From positions 1,860,001 through 1,924,000 of the forward strand of contig NW_027117341.1 of the NCBI RefSeq assembly GCF_038025025.1: a stretch of 64,000 bases of DNA, in the 5' to 3' direction. This document shows positions 11,508 through 25,101 of the stretch, in pieces; the stretch's first letter is position 1, and every line of letters starts with the position of its first letter. The notes under the pieces were generated by a model. It saw nothing but the letters and a program-made list of their open reading frames with translations. It was not told where the DNA came from and ran no database searches. The stretch is from Phyllosticta citribraziliensis. Lineage: Eukaryota. Both the position numbers and the translations under genes were made by a program.

Positions 11508-14500
11508 GGTGGGCAAAGTGTTGGTCGAGACGGAGGCTGGCGACGGGCGAGGGTCAGCGGTTGTGGCCGAGGGTGGAGGGAGCGGAGCATGGGCAACAGG
11601 CGCCCTTGCGTCGCGGTCGAAACGCGCATGCCTTGTACGGCCAAGAATGGAACTCACAAGAACAGAAGGGTCACACAGAGGGAGAAAACAGGCTGGAGTG
11701 GAAAAATGCCGCCGGCAAGTTGGAATCTGTCGAGCTGTCAGCGTGGGAAACCACGGTCAAGGGACGTCAGAGTGGTGGTTGTTGGGACCAAATCAGGGCC
11801 CAGCAATGGAGGAGGGGCCTTGGATCTGAGGCGAGCGAGCGAGCGAGCGAGCGAGCGAGATGACGGCGGGTCAAACAACGAGAAACACTTACGACGAGGA
11901 GATGAGCGATCAACGAGCGAGAGGGCAGATGGGTGTGTTGGGGAAAGGATGGTACGGTCGCAAGGTCGGGGCGGGTCGAGTCGAGTCGAAGAAGTTGAGT
12001 CGTGGGGTCGGAGGCCTAGAGGCACGAAGGCACAGGCAGGCTCCTGGGCCCTAGCTAAGGAAGAGAAGCGATGGAGACGGCAGGGTCAAGATTGCAAGAG
12101 AGGAGAAGTGGTGCGAGATGGGTCGAGGGTGGTGGTGAAGGAGGGAGAGGGCGGGAGGAGGATTGAAAGACGAGGAGGAGGAGGTGGATGGAGCTTCAGC
12201 TTCAGCTGGAGCGCGAGTGAGATGGGAGTGAGAGGCTGTGGGCTGTGGGCTGTGGACCCGGGGCGTGGGTGCCACTTGCCAGCTCTGCGGGCGCGGGCGG
12301 CAAGACGCTAGTGCCTAGCGCCCTTTCCAGAGCTGCGGGACGGGATCGGATGATGTTGAGCCACCACCGCAGACACACAGAGGGAGTCCTTGCGACAACA
12401 ATTGGGGAAGAAAAAAAAAAGCGACGGCGACGGTAGCAGTGAGCCCAGCGACAAAGAATCTCTCGTCAGTTTCTCTCGCAGCGACGTGCGGCGGTCGAGG
12501 GCCGAGTCGTCGTCGAGCGCTGTGCCGCCCTGACTTTGTCGCGTCGCCCAAGGGAGTGTCCTGCTAGGCTAGGCGAGCGAACAGACTGCCGGGTGATTCG
12601 TGCGTGCGTTCCGCTCAGCGGGGGAGGGAGAACAAGGACAAGGGACGACACACGACACGACCAAAAGCGACAAGGACGCCGAAATCACGGGCGAATCTCT
12701 TCATCTCGCATGATAAATGTGCTGTATGTAGGCATGTCCAGTGCCGAGTTTCGTCTCATGTTTCCTGCACCCTCCCATCCACTGGCTGCGCTGGTCGCTG
12801 GTCAGGCCAAACCAAACCAAGCCCGAGAACACGGAGCTGGCGGCCCAGCTGTGGCTGTCGGGGCGCCCGCCTCTTGGTCCTGGCGCCGATCTCACTCAGG
12901 TCGGTCGCTCTCCCTCTCCCTCTCCCTCTCGTCCCTCACCCTCACCACCACCACTCACCACCACGCTAACCACCACTCGGCACCTCGACTCTCTACATGT
13001 ACCTATTCTTCTGTCTACTGCATCTGCATCTGCACCCTAGTCGCCCTTTTCCCACATGCCGTCCCTCGCAACCTACCCATCTCTCCTCTGCCGCTGCGTT
13101 TCCTTCTCACCCACCCCCAACCGCTCCCTCGGCGTCGCCGTTTCTTTTCCATGGCTGCTTTTTCCCACAAGACACCTCGCTACCCACTACTACAACACGA
13201 CTTTACCTCCGCTCCCGTTTCTTTTTCTCCCTCAGCGCTACCTACCCCATCCCTTTCGTCCTCGCTTCTCGACCACTTCCACAACCCAGACAGGCATCCC
13301 CAGACTTGCCTCGAGCCCACCACCACATGCCCCCATCCCTCCGTCATTCCGCCAATCCACGCCGGACCGTTGACCGTTGCATGTCGTATGGGCGCGCCTG
13401 GTCTCCGGAAGCGCGTCCGCCTCTTACAACTCGACCCGTCGACTCGTCTCGCCCAGCCCAGCCCAGCGCCGGTCCCAGAAGAGCAACCCGCAGCGAGCTG
13501 TCAGGGAACCAGGAAACGAATCCGGCTCAAACAAAGACCTCGTGGCGCACTCCCGGTGCTCTCTTTTTTCCCTTTCGCTCTGTCCCATTATTTTCAGACT
13601 CCATGACTAGCGCCCTTTTTCTTTTTTTTCTCTTTCGCTGTCGTCTCGCGTGCTTTTTGCACATGTGCCCCCCGCACCAAATAGATGAGCTGCCGTCGTC
13701 TTCTGCGCACCACGCACGTCGCTCAATAAGCGAAAGAAAATAAAGCATGCGGGACGGTTGGCGATGGTTTTTTTTTGGCACCTGTCTGTCGGTCGCCCGT
13801 CGGCCTGTCCATCAGTCAATCGTCGTCCTTTTCCCGGGTCGACCTTCCTCGTCTCGTCCCCAAAACCAAAGAACAAGGGCAAATAGTGAGCCCGACATGT
13901 CAGACCGGGATCACTTGCGACGCATCCCTGTCGGCTCCGTCTACGGGTCCCAGTGCCTGGGACTCTTCAGCTACCGCACCCACGTCCTCCCCGTCAGCAG
14001 TCAGCGCGGTACCACTGGAACCTTTGGGCTCCGCAGCGACATGGCGGCCATCAGCTAGACTGGGACCCCATGGCGCCCGCCACCCACCTCCCTCCCGCGT
14101 TTTAGTTTAGGGTTCCGCTCCGGTTCCCAAAAGCTAAAAAACTCAAGCGCACGCATCCTTGGTTCCATTTCTTCGCCTCTCTTCCTTGTTGCTCTCTTCC
14201 TTCTTCGCCTCCCGTCCGTCTTTCCGCCATCCATCCATCCCTCCCTCCCTTCCCGCGACGGCGCCGCTGCCGTGGTGGCCGTCCGCTCGCTCGGCGCTTG
14301 CCGGCTTGCTTTTTTTCTGGGCTCCCACCAGCAGACCGCGCCGACGGATGCAGCCGGTTCTATGGTTCCGACCAACCAACCACCCAACCACTTGTCTACC
14401 CAAGATGTCCCACTCCAGCTTTTTTTGGTCGTCCTGTCTGCTGTGTGTGGCTCCCGGTGCTCGCTTGCTCGTGTCTGTCCCAACCCCTTGCCCGCGGGTT

Positions 14501-16148
14501 TACGCGCGTGGTCGACGCCTGGCACGCTGCTATCCCATCCCATCCCATGATTCCCATCCCATCCATCCATTCGTTCCGAGAGACGGGTCGAGGTCGAGGT
14601 CGAGGTCGCGGGTCGAGGTCGAGGGTCGACCAAGCACCGCTCGTAGGGATTGTACTTGGGTGAGCAGGTGCTAGGTGCCAGTCCAGGTACTCCCACATGT
14701 GCACCTACGTAAGGTAGGTAGGTATCCCGGCAGCCGGGCATGTCTCGCCCGCTCGTCTGGGCACGTCACGTCAGGCCTGCCCATCCATCCATCCATCCAT
14801 CCACTTATCCACCTATCTATCCATCGGTGTTCGCCGCCGCCTGAGCAGCTCCGTCGTACTAGCGCGTCACCTTTTCCGCCTGTCTGCGCTTTTGGTTACG
14901 AGAGCCCTTTTGCGTTGCGAGAGATAGGGAGGCGGCCGGCGGCGGAGGTGGCTGGTAGGTTATGAGGTTGCGAGCAGGCGGGCGGGCGGGCGGGTGAAAG
15001 ATTAACCGCGCTGGAACTTGACACGGTATTTTGTTGGATGGATATACGCGCCCGGAGAACGAAATACGGGAGAGCAAATTCCACGGTAGATGGATGGTCT
15101 GTGATGTTGCTTTTTTGATCTACCTGGTTTTAAATGGTCTTTCGTCGTGCTTTGTCGTTGTCTACTTCGCTGGGTCTGGTAGAAGAGTAGCAGACAATGC
15201 CTTTTTACCTACCTACCTACACAATCACGCACTTTACCACACCCTCAACTACCGCACGCCTAAGTCTACACCTACCTACATCTACACCTACCACCTCTGG
15301 TCTCCAAGCGTGTCGCTCTTAAAATTTTCTATATGAATTACTCCTCCTTCTCCTTCTTTCCTACACACTGATACCTTTCCTATAGAGTATTCATATCGAA
15401 AAACAGTGTCGAGAAAGAAAGCAAGGATAGACATGTACATCTAAGAAATAAAGCAGCTGGATATGGCTCACAGTAGCTAGACACAGCTCCACCTTCTCAT
15501 AATCCCTCCCTTGGAATAGTAGTATGTAATACGGACGCCACCTTGATGTTTTGGTCATCTGCAGACCTTGTCGTCTGTTGGTGTGATTATTTAATACGGC
15601 CGGCGGTCGTACCTCACTGGACTCGCATCTCACGCCTCTGCTTAGTGCTTGTAGGTAAGTATGTACGATACAGTCTGCCTAAGGCCGTACAGTCGACGAG
15701 AGTCGGGCTGGGAAGGGAGGACTGAAGAGCGTAATGGATAGGAGAGGGAGGCGGTTCGGGCTGTTGGTTTTTAGATTCTCTCGTTCTCTCGTTTGCTTGA
15801 GGAGGATGATGATGATGAGGATGATGATGAAGTCAGATTTGATTCTGTCCAGCATCCACTGTCGCCGCCGCGTCTAGCATCGAAAGACTGTCCGCCTACC
15901 CACCCTCTCCCTCTCTCACTATCTCACTGCCTTGCTACCTCGCCACCTCGCTCTCGCTCAGCTTTTTTGCTCCCCCCATACGAAAAACAAACGCCGCTCG
16001 CCATGCCATGCCATGCCATGCCATGCTGATGATGCCTCCCTGGTCACGGGGAAGCCAAAGCCCAACCAAAGCCCAAAGCAAAGCAAAGCCCAAAAGGGGG
16101 TGTCGTGAAGAAGAGAGAGTGAAGAATGCACCGCCCAAAAGAAACGCC

Positions 16149-18211
16149 TCAATCCGCGCTCCACGCCGTCTTGGGGATGACGGGCAGACGAAAGTCCCTG
16201 AGCACGGCAACAAGGTCATCCATGCGCGCCAGCTGCACCAAGACGCGCTCCTCGCGCTCGCGCCAGCCGCGCAGCGCGGCGCGCTCCGTCGCGCTGAGGA
16301 AGCGGTCCTCGTTGCCGACGACGTCGGTGCGCTCGGCCTTCTCGATGACGGCCGCAACGCGCGCGCGCTCGAACTTGACGCGCTGCAGCGCGCGCGCCAT
16401 GGCCTTGTACGTGTCCGTCAGCACCAGCTGCCGCGTCAGGTCCTGGTCGAAGAACCACAGGTACAGCGTGCGCGCCGGCGCGCGCGTGTTGTCCTTGGGC
16501 ACCTCCTGCGTGTCGACGAAGCCGGCCTCTTGCATGCGCGTCAGGTCGGCGCGGATCTCCTTGGTGCGCTGCATGCTGAATTGCGACACTTGCTTCTCGT
16601 CCAGCCGGCCCTTGGCGTGCAGGATGCGGATGAGCCGCGTCGCGAGCGGGCCCCAGCGCGCTGTGACGATGTTTTCGAGCTCGCGTTGGAGGAGCGCGTT
16701 GGAGAGTGGGCGGAAGTCGACCTTGTATTCTCCTCCGCCACGAGATCCTACCCATCTGACGAACCGCCGCGGGTCTTCGCAGAGCAGGGAAATGTGTTGC
16801 TTGGCGAGGGCAAGGCGACCGCTATTGGCTTGCGCGGTGGATCCGTTTGGAGCGGGAGAGGCAGACGAGTCTTCAGGAGCGTCCGCATCTTGGGGCGTGC
16901 CAATCCCAGAAGCGAGGTCGAGGTTGGGGTCGAGAGCGTCCAGGACTTCGCGCGCAGTCACCGATGGGAGAGCGTCGGCTTCGTCTTCTTCGGTCGGCGC
17001 ACCGTTGTACGGATCGCTACAACGGGGCACCTTCTTTTCGAGTTGGCGCAGCAGCGCCTCGTACACTTGAGCCGTGACTTGGCCAATGTACTGCTCAGCA
17101 AAGTCGACGAGTTGTTGCGTCCGGATGGCAACAATGCACTTTTCCTGGTTGATGCCGACTACGAGGTTTTCCTGCGTCATGTTAATCTTGCCCACTTGAC
17201 AAAGCGCGCACGAGCACATACATCTAATGCCACCTCCTTTGGAGCTGCCCCGTAGCTTGAACCATTGAGCATGTTGAGCTTGACGCGCTTGCGAGCTGGC
17301 GCCTGTGTTTCCGCAGCGCTGCGTTTCGTCCCTGCGCCAGAGCCTAGTTCTTTTTGGTCGGCTTCGCTGGGCTCGTCCCTCCACTTGGCCAGGAGCTTCT
17401 TAACCTCGGCCTCGAATTGGATGATTTCCTTGCCTTTGACGCCGTCGGGAAAGAATTCAATCCTTATCATGCGCTCCGCTTCGTTGCGCAAGTCTGAAGT
17501 CGGGTTGAAGTGCTTCGCGTGGATTTGCGTGACAAAGCCGGAATCGATCAGCTGGCGCAAGACTCTGTGAAGGTCGTCGATAGTCTTGATGTGGACATTA
17601 TCCCGAACCTCCTCCTCATGATCTCCATTTGTGACTCCATTTCCATTCACCTGGGCGTCGTCGGCGCCCTCTTCCTTTGTCGCAACTCCGTAGGCTTGGG
17701 CCAGATCGCTGATTTTGGCGTTTCCCAGCAAAAGCAGGTTGGATGCAAGCCCACCGGCGGCATCTCCGAATCTATCCTCTACCATCTTTGCAATTTTCCC
17801 ATAGCGCACGAGAGCATATGCGTGTTGCCAATCGGGCTCGTAGAACGTCTCGTCTTCGCCGGTGTAATGGAGCACGAGATGCTGCTGGATGAGGACGGCA
17901 AGGCCATGCTTGAGTTCGCGCACGGTGAAGTGGGAGGACTGGAGAAGGCCGCGAATAGAGAGACGGCCAAGCTTCGCGAGGAGGGAAAAGACGCGCTGTA
18001 TTGAGTCAGCGGGTGATATTCATGGCCAGGACTGCTCGGACAGAGCCAACGATGGAGGAGAGGGGATTGTAAGTTAAAGCGACCAGGAATCGTACCGAAG
18101 ATAGCTCGCCGTAAAGGTCCTCGACCAAAAGTGTGCAGAGCTCGGAAATGTGCTGCGCATGAGTTAGCGATGGAGGGCGTGCATGTTGGAAAATTTACCT
18201 ACTTCGGCCAT
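16149..18211 (-). CDS. RPC82: RNA polymerase III subunit RPC82/RPC3
   Basis: Spliced N-terminus MAE|HISELCTLLVEDLYGELSS|RVFSLLAKLGRL...LKHGLAVLIQQHLV; C-terminal winged helix RLIRILHAKGRLDEKQV...QEVPKDNTRAPARTLYLWF; intron 17172-17221 joins the two ORF-track frames. Confidence 0.9.
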
Positions 18212-18393
18212 GTTGTAGTTCTAGAGACTCTCACTCTCTAGAAGGGCAAAGACTACCGGTAGGAGTGCATGAGTGCGCGGTGCAAGACGCAATCGAGAGT
18301 GGTTCACGGTGGTGGGAATCTTCACAAGTCCATCGGCATGAGCGACAGAACAGAGCGATGGCTCGGATGAAAGTCGGGGACGAGGAATGCCAG

Positions 18394-18400
18394 CCAATCA
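18394..18400 (+). promoter_or_regulatory. CCAATCA box in the RPC82/QCR2 bidirectional promoter
   Basis: Exact CCAATCA ~125 nt upstream of the QCR2 ATG; respiratory genes are established Hap-complex targets. Confidence 0.45.
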
Positions 18401-18521
18401 CATGGCATATGGTCAGCGCAACCTCAACTTCCATTCTCTCCGACGCAGTAAAACACTCGTCCATCACCATTGCTCCCCGCCCACCTCTCCTCCGTCTCCC
18501 CCGACGTCCCTCCCCGCCACA

Positions 18522-20009
18522 ATGCTGTCGCGCTCGTCTCTGGGACGTCACGCTCAGCGTGCCCTGCGCAGCCAATGCGTCCAGCCCACCGGCCGCCGTG
18601 GCCTTGCAGCTCCCGCCTCAGGCTCTTTCCAGTACCAGACGGGCGATGCCAACGGCGTCAAGTTCGCCAGCAGGGACATGGCCGGCCCTACCACCACCCT
18701 CGCCGTTGTCTCCAAGGCCGGTACGAGGTACCAGCCTCTGCCCGGCCTGACCGAGGCCCTCGAGAAATACGCTTTCAAGGTGTGCTCGCATCCAATGGCC
18801 TCGACGTCTCAAGGAGCCTGCGCTGACGCTCAAGGACTGCAAAGAACACCGAAAAGCGCTCGACCATCCGCATCACCCGCGAGTCCGAGCTTCTCGGCGC
18901 TGAGCTGTTGCCCTTCCACTCCCGCGAAAACCTCGTCCTCTCGGCCAAGTTCCTGAGGGATGACCTGCCGTACTTTTGCGAGCTCCTCTCCGAGGTCATT
19001 ACGCAGACCAAGTACCCCGGTACGTACAATGAGGTAGAGAACACAAGGAAAACGCTGATGGTCCAAAGCCCACACCTTGAACGAGGAGGTCACCCCGCTC
19101 ATCCAGTTGGCGCACAAGAAGGCTCTCGCGAGCACTGAGACTCTTGCCATCAACTCTGCACACGCCCTGGCCTTCCACCGTGGTCTCGGCTCTCCCGTTG
19201 TCCCCACCTCCACCACCGCCTACTCCAAGTACCTCAACGCCGACGCCGTTGCCGAGTTCGCCGCCCAGGCCTACTCCAAGTCCAACATTGCCGTCGTTGC
19301 CAACGGCGCCGAGCACTCGGAGCTGACCAAGTGGGTGCGCGAGTTCTTCCCCGAGGTCCCCGCTACCGCCAGCCCGCTCTCCAGCCCCCAGACTCAGTAC
19401 TTTGGTGGTGAGGAGCGCATTGCTCACGCCGGCGGCAACACCATTGTCCTTGGATTCTCTGGCTCTGGTTCCTTCACTGGCAGCGCCTACAAGCCCGAGG
19501 TTGCCGTCATTGGCGCCCTCCTGGGCGGCAAGTCGCAGATCAAGTGGACGCCCGGCTTCACTCTGCTCGCCAAGGCCGCTGAGAAGTATTCGAGCGCGCG
19601 CATCGACACCAAGAGCCAAATCTACTCTGACGCCGGCCTTCTTACCGTCACCATCAACGGTTCCGCAAGCGACGTCGCCGGTGCCGCCGCCGAGTCTGTC
19701 AAGACGATTCAGGATATTGCCGCTGGCAACATCAAGGCCGAGGACATCCAAAAGGCCAAGGCCCGGGCCAAGTTCCTCGAGCTTGAGCACGGCCAGACCA
19801 TCTTTGGCAGCCTTGAGCTGACTGGAGCTGGCCTCGTCCAGAGCGGCAAGGCGTACCAGCTTGACGAGAGCGCCCTCAAGATCGACGCTGTCACTGAGGA
19901 GTCGGTCAAGACGGCCGCCAAGGAGTTGCTCGAGAAGAAGGCCTCGGTGTCGACTGTCGGTGACCTTTTCGTTCTGCCGTTTGCTGATGAGCTTGGCCTG
20001 AAGGTGTAG
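18522..20009 (+). CDS. QCR2: Cytochrome bc1 complex core subunit 2 (M16 family)
   Basis: Presequence MLSRSSLGR..., then KAGTRYQPLPG, RSTIRITRESELLG and AKFLRDDLPYF; C-terminus VGDLFVLPFADELGLKV; two introns. Confidence 0.93.
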
Positions 20010-20313
20010 ATAGGGATTTAGAGAAAATGAGGGTTGGTTGAGTTGTACCATTATGTTTTTCTCTAGACCTGCCTTGTGGATACATGGAGAAATTTCAGTT
20101 CTTTAATAGCGCATGCAATGACGGCGAGAAGATGACATGAAGATGTAAAAAAATGTAAATGGTCCCGCTGCAGGGAGGGGTATCACGTGACGAAAGATCC
20201 TCCGCTCGAGCTCCGGCCGACGAAGTTCGGAGCCCAGCCTGCAAGCTCGCGGCGCTGTCAAGACCATCCATTCGCCCAACCCACGTCCAACAACCTCGAC
20301 CGCCGCAATCACC

Positions 20314-20661
20314 ATGACTTTTGCCTGGAAATCCGCCGGTCTCTCGTACGGACCCCAAGACCAGAGAGCCCGGACGTCGGAGCGCTGACAATGGCTGCTG
20401 GACAGTTACAACCGCTACCTTGCGGCCGCCTCCCGCGCCGTCCGCCGTTCCCTCAAGGAGGACAAGAGGATAGCTGCCGAGCGTCGCGGCGAGATGGAGC
20501 TCAGGTTCGCCAAGTGGACGGTGAGTGGAAACAAGGGCTGCATTCGTTCAAGGCACGGCGGCTGATGAGCTTTCAAGGACGGCAAGCAGGGCGACAACAA
20601 GAGCCTTGCCTCGGCCAACGCGGCGGCTGCCAGCGAGGCCGCGTCCCAGGGCTCGTCCTAA
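20314..20661 (+). CDS. ATP15: Mitochondrial F1-ATP synthase epsilon subunit (3 exons; absent from the ORF track)
   Basis: Spliced product MTFAWKSAGLSYNRYLAAASRAVRRSLKEDKRIAAERRGEMELRFAKWTDGKQG... Confidence 0.92.
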
Positions 20662-20929
20662 GCGTACGACTGCAATGCACACGATTGAAGCATGGCGATG
20701 GAGAAGGGCAGGGAAAGCAAGCATGCGGGAGGAAGGTCGGAGTTGGGTTGCGGCTAGTGCGGGTTACTGGAGTGCATTTTGTATGATGCGGGCGACGGGC
20801 CCTGCGGTTGCGTAGAAGCGAACCTCAATCAATGCCAACCTCTTCCTTCCACCCAACAACTCTCACTCTCTCACTCACTCACACACATCCAATGTCTCGT
20901 GCCTGTACAGTCTCCGTGCTTGCTGCATC

Positions 20930-23900
20930 ATGACACCAGAGTCCGACCGTCCAAAGCCACCTGATGAAAACAACGACGTCTCCCAAGGTCTGCTGCCGAC
21001 CTGACCGCCTTCCGTTCGTGGTCCCCGCAGGCCCGGCCCATGCTAACGGCCGGGGAACAGACACAGCACGACTCCGAATCGAGGACGAGCTCGCCGCCCT
21101 GCAGAGCAATGGTGAGTGCCCTGGGCCTCGCCCCAACGTAGAATACCTACTAAAGTGCATGTGTTCGTCTCTGAGCAGGCGTCGCACAACAGGCCTCCAA
21201 CCCTGCTTCGCGAATGAAAATCAAGTCGAGGCTCGTTCCTGGCCCGCCCAAGGGTGTTGATATTACTGCCCATTTCACGGCAGCATGTTCAGGTAATGCT
21301 TCTTCTCCTTCTGTCAAGTTGTCGACGTCATTCGGTGTTGTTTCTTTCCGTTGTCATGTTTTCAATTTACCAGGTGCCTGTACATCGTATTTCCTTGGCT
21401 GACTCGTAGCAGCCCTTGAGACGGGCCAACTGATCAAAGATGAATTCTTTACGCTTTTCGAATCTGTTGGGGCTCTCGAGGTATGGCTCATTCTCTGTGC
21501 GTCTTCTCCAACTCACTCCATGTCAGATTATGGATCCCAAAATGGACAGTGGTTTCCTTGCTCCTGGAGAGACTCTTGAAGAAGACTATGACATTCAAAA
21601 AGACCTTCTCCCCGAAGAAGTCCTTGGAATCATGGACCAGCTCTTTTGCTACGAAATGGCCTGGCACAAGGGCTATCCGCTTTCGCAGACGCTCTTCATC
21701 TCGGTGCACATCGACAGAATGCTGTACCCAGAGCCCAGGGAATTGAATGATTCCTTCTTCTCTCGGCGAGACCGTCGCACAGGCCGGCTGTTGGATCCCG
21801 ATCCTTTTCAACCTGGAAAGCCGCGGATGCACTACGTGCTCTGGGCATACATTCTGGGATTGATCAAGTATTGCGACAACGTGGTGCAGCGGGTCACTTC
21901 TCGAGACTATTTTGAAGAGGAAGACTTTTCGACGCACACGTACGGGAGGCAGCTTCTGACTAGATTTTCGGAAAGAGAGATTGATCAAGTTTTGGCCCAC
22001 GTGACGCAGTCTCTCCAGTCCGACTGGCAAAAAGAGTACGTTGCCTACACAAAGGCTTTGAGAACCGGCTGACAATCGTTCAGTGACGACCTGACTGCGA
22101 GCCAAGAAGTCATTGACGCGCTCGTTTCTCGGCTGGAACTCAGAAGAGTCTTGCTGCAAGTCACATCCCCAGACATTCCACTAGATCAGACCGGAGATGG
22201 TTGGAACAATGTTGCCAACTATGTCCCCAAAGTTGAAGCAACGCATTTGCTCGGCCGTCCCGTAAAGGAAGCATTCAGTTCCAAAATTCAACGTCGCCTG
22301 GCAAGCACCGTCCCTCCAAGGCCAGTCGTGGAGCTCGAATATACTCTTGCGTGTCGAGTCATGAACGAGCTTTGCCACGACAACCTGGAAGTAGTTCGAG
22401 GGACTAAACTGCAAAACTTGGGACCTCAGGAGATCTTGGTGAGTCTCAGCTCTACATGTCGGACGCCTCGATGCTGACCTAAAAAGTCGTTCATTTGGGC
22501 ATTCAATTCGAGAAAACCACAACCACTTGCATACTCTCGCGCCTGTCTGGCTAACCTCGTCTTTGGAAACGCCGAGGAGATGTATGAAGAGCTCATAAGA
22601 AGAGACCTTGCAGATCTCACACTCTGCCATGACCCAATCTTGGATCCTGTAAACTGGACAATCGAACTTTCGCCGAACCCCCTGATCCCGAGCGACAACC
22701 GCGCCGTCTTGGCTGAAATTGTCAATACATTTACCGCCAAGGCAGTACCAGTAAGTCCTGTAGATTTAGTGGTGAGATGATAGCTAATTTCCCAGGCCTT
22801 CCTTGACTTTTGGACAAGCCTGTGTCAGAATCGTTGTCGAACGCGCCGTTTGCTTTGTCATAACCTGATAGCATTTCACAACTTGCAGCTCGACGTAAGT
22901 CTAAACTCTGCCTCCCAGCGCCCCCATACTGACCCGCGTACAGACAGAGGTGCTCGACCAGCGCCTGCACGCCATTTCCCCCGGCTGCCTCCAGTACCCT
23001 CTTGCCTCGTGGGCCTTTTACCAAAAGCTGCGCATCATGGAATGGGTCGTGCAGCTGGGCTTCGAGCAAGAAATCTACCTACCCGACGAGTACCCGGCCA
23101 TGTATTTCTGGCTCTCCACCATCTCGTCGACGCGCGCCAACCTCCTGGACCGGATCCTGACATCGATCCGCGCACAGCAGGCCGCCGTCCTGCAACCCGC
23201 CAACAAAAACGACAACGACAGCGGCAGTGGCACGAACGCGGCGGCGCCCCCAGCGGCCCTCCTCTCCACCATCGCTGCCATCGAATCCGCCCTCCACACG
23301 TCGCGTGCCACGGCCGCCCTCGCCGAGGCCCTGTCCGACATTTATCAGATATTGCTCTACCTGCGCGCCGTCCCGTTGCCCACGCGCCCGTTCGGCTCCG
23401 CCGCCCTGCGCCACGAGCTGCGCATGAAGCCGTTCCTGGGAATCGACACGCCGCGGCTGCCGCCGCACGACGAGTTCGAAGCGGAAATCATGCCGTTTGG
23501 GCCGTGGGACTGGGATAGCCAGCAGCAGCAGCCCTCCGCCAACAACGTCGACACCCACGGAGGTCTCACGCGCCCGCTCACCGACGTCGTCGGCCTCCTC
23601 TCCCGCGACGTAGCCGTGCTGATCCGCGACGCCAAAGCCGACCTGGCGGACGCCAAGCGGCTGGGGGCTCGGGCGGCGCGCGCCGACAGCGCGGCGGCGT
23701 GCTGGGAGAGCGAGCAGGCGGCGAGGCTGCTGGCGTGCGTGCGGGCGGGGCTGCTGGGCGTGCAGCTGGGCGCGCTGGCGGAGCGCGGCGAGTCTGGGTT
23801 GCGTCATGCCGTGGGGAAGAGGGGGGTTAGGGTTGTTTTTGATGGGGAGAAGGATGGGGAGAAGAGCAAGGCTACGGCTCAGGGCTTAAACCAGGGCATG

Positions 23901-23975
23901 GGCATGGGCAGCGCGTGGTGCCAGGTGCCGCGGGTAGAGATTGACGACGTCGAGGCGACAGGCGCTGAAGCGTGA
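20930..23975 (+). CDS. MAK10: NatC N-terminal acetyltransferase auxiliary subunit Mak10/NAA35
   Basis: LETGQLIKDEFFTLFESVGALE|IMDPKMDSG, EMAWHKGYPLSQTLF, YFEEEDF, CQNRCRTRR and LGFEQEIYLPDEY motifs; multiple introns; exact start less certain. Confidence 0.9.
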
Positions 23976-24536
23976 AGAAAAGAAGCGCATCCACATTGTC
24001 TCTCGCGTGGGCATGGCATGGGTCTTGTCGTCTTGTGCGTTGGTCCTTTTTGCATACAGTTCCCCTTCTTCCTTTTTCCGTTTCCGAAATCGTTTTTGTT
24101 TCTTCGATAGACCTACCTACGTGTCTTACCTACTTCTTCCTTGTGGGCATTGGTGGTAGAGAAAAGAAGGTGTTGGGTACTTAGGTACGTAGGCATAGTA
24201 TACAGAACAAGCAACACAACACTCAGCTCAGCCTGGCGTACCTAGGTCGTCAGACACATGCGATGGCAACTGAGGGAAGCAATTGAACTTGTTCATTTAG
24301 TTGCGCTGTGGGGTATCTGATAATTCAACATCTGACCATGGCCTCCTCCCTGCCTTGCCCTGCCCTGCCCTGCCCATCCATTCATGTAGACGTGTTGTCT
24401 GTGTGCCCATTGCCAAAACCGGACGCCAAAACCTTACGCCAGATACGCCGCGGGAATTGAAGATGTGGATCCCTCCGTCCATCCATGTATCCAGCACCCC
24501 CTCCATCTGTTTGCCCGTCTGTCGTCCAGGCTATCC

Positions 24537-25101
24537 CTATCCATTATACTTATTCAACGTCTTCTGTTCGCGTGGTGAGCACGTCTTACTTTACCTCTCT
24601 CTCCCCTCTTCCTTCTGAAGGACAAAACATACCTCGCGCACCTTGCGCACCGCCGCGGCGCTGATCTGCCGCTCGCCGGCCGCTTTGGACGCGGTGCTGG
24701 CTTCGCGGACGAGTCTGCGCGTGTCGTTAGTCGGGGACGTGTACAGCTTTCCGAACGGCGTTTGTGTTGGATTGGATTGGGACAGGCGGGCCGCGGATGT
24801 GGGCGTGAATGAAGGCAAGGTAGCTAGGCAGCTAGGTAAATAGACAGGCAGACGTACTCTTCGAGAAACAATACATAGTCCAGGAAGACCTGCGCGCGGA
24901 CGCATTAGCTCTTTTCTCTTCTCCATTCTCCTCTCCTTCCTTCTCCTCTCGTCTCCCTCTCTTTCTCTCTTCTCCTATGTGCCAGTAGGCAATCATACAC
25001 ACACTCACCATGACATCAGCGTTCTTGCTCAGCGGCCGGTTGCTGTGCGCCTTGACGATGCGCTTGACGGTCGCGCGCGGGTACGGCGTCTGCGGCGCCA
25101 T
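24537..25101 (-). CDS. Small histone-fold protein, CENP-W/Wip1-like kinetochore subunit (4 exons)
   Basis: MAPQTPYPRATVKRIVKAHSNRPLSKNADVM|VFLDYVLFLEE|LVREASTASKAAGERQISAAAVRKVRE|KTLNKYNG*. Confidence 0.75.

Noticed and set aside
12536..13743. 356-aa and 248-aa ORFs upstream of veA
   Set aside because: Low-complexity translations of CT-rich and SSR DNA, with non-ATG starts and no coding bias
14107..14114. AACCCTAA (minus strand), and GGGTTAGGG at ~41015, as a possible telomerase RNA template or telomeric relic
   Set aside because: Only 8-9 nt; no recognisable pseudoknot or repeat array; expected by chance in 64 kb
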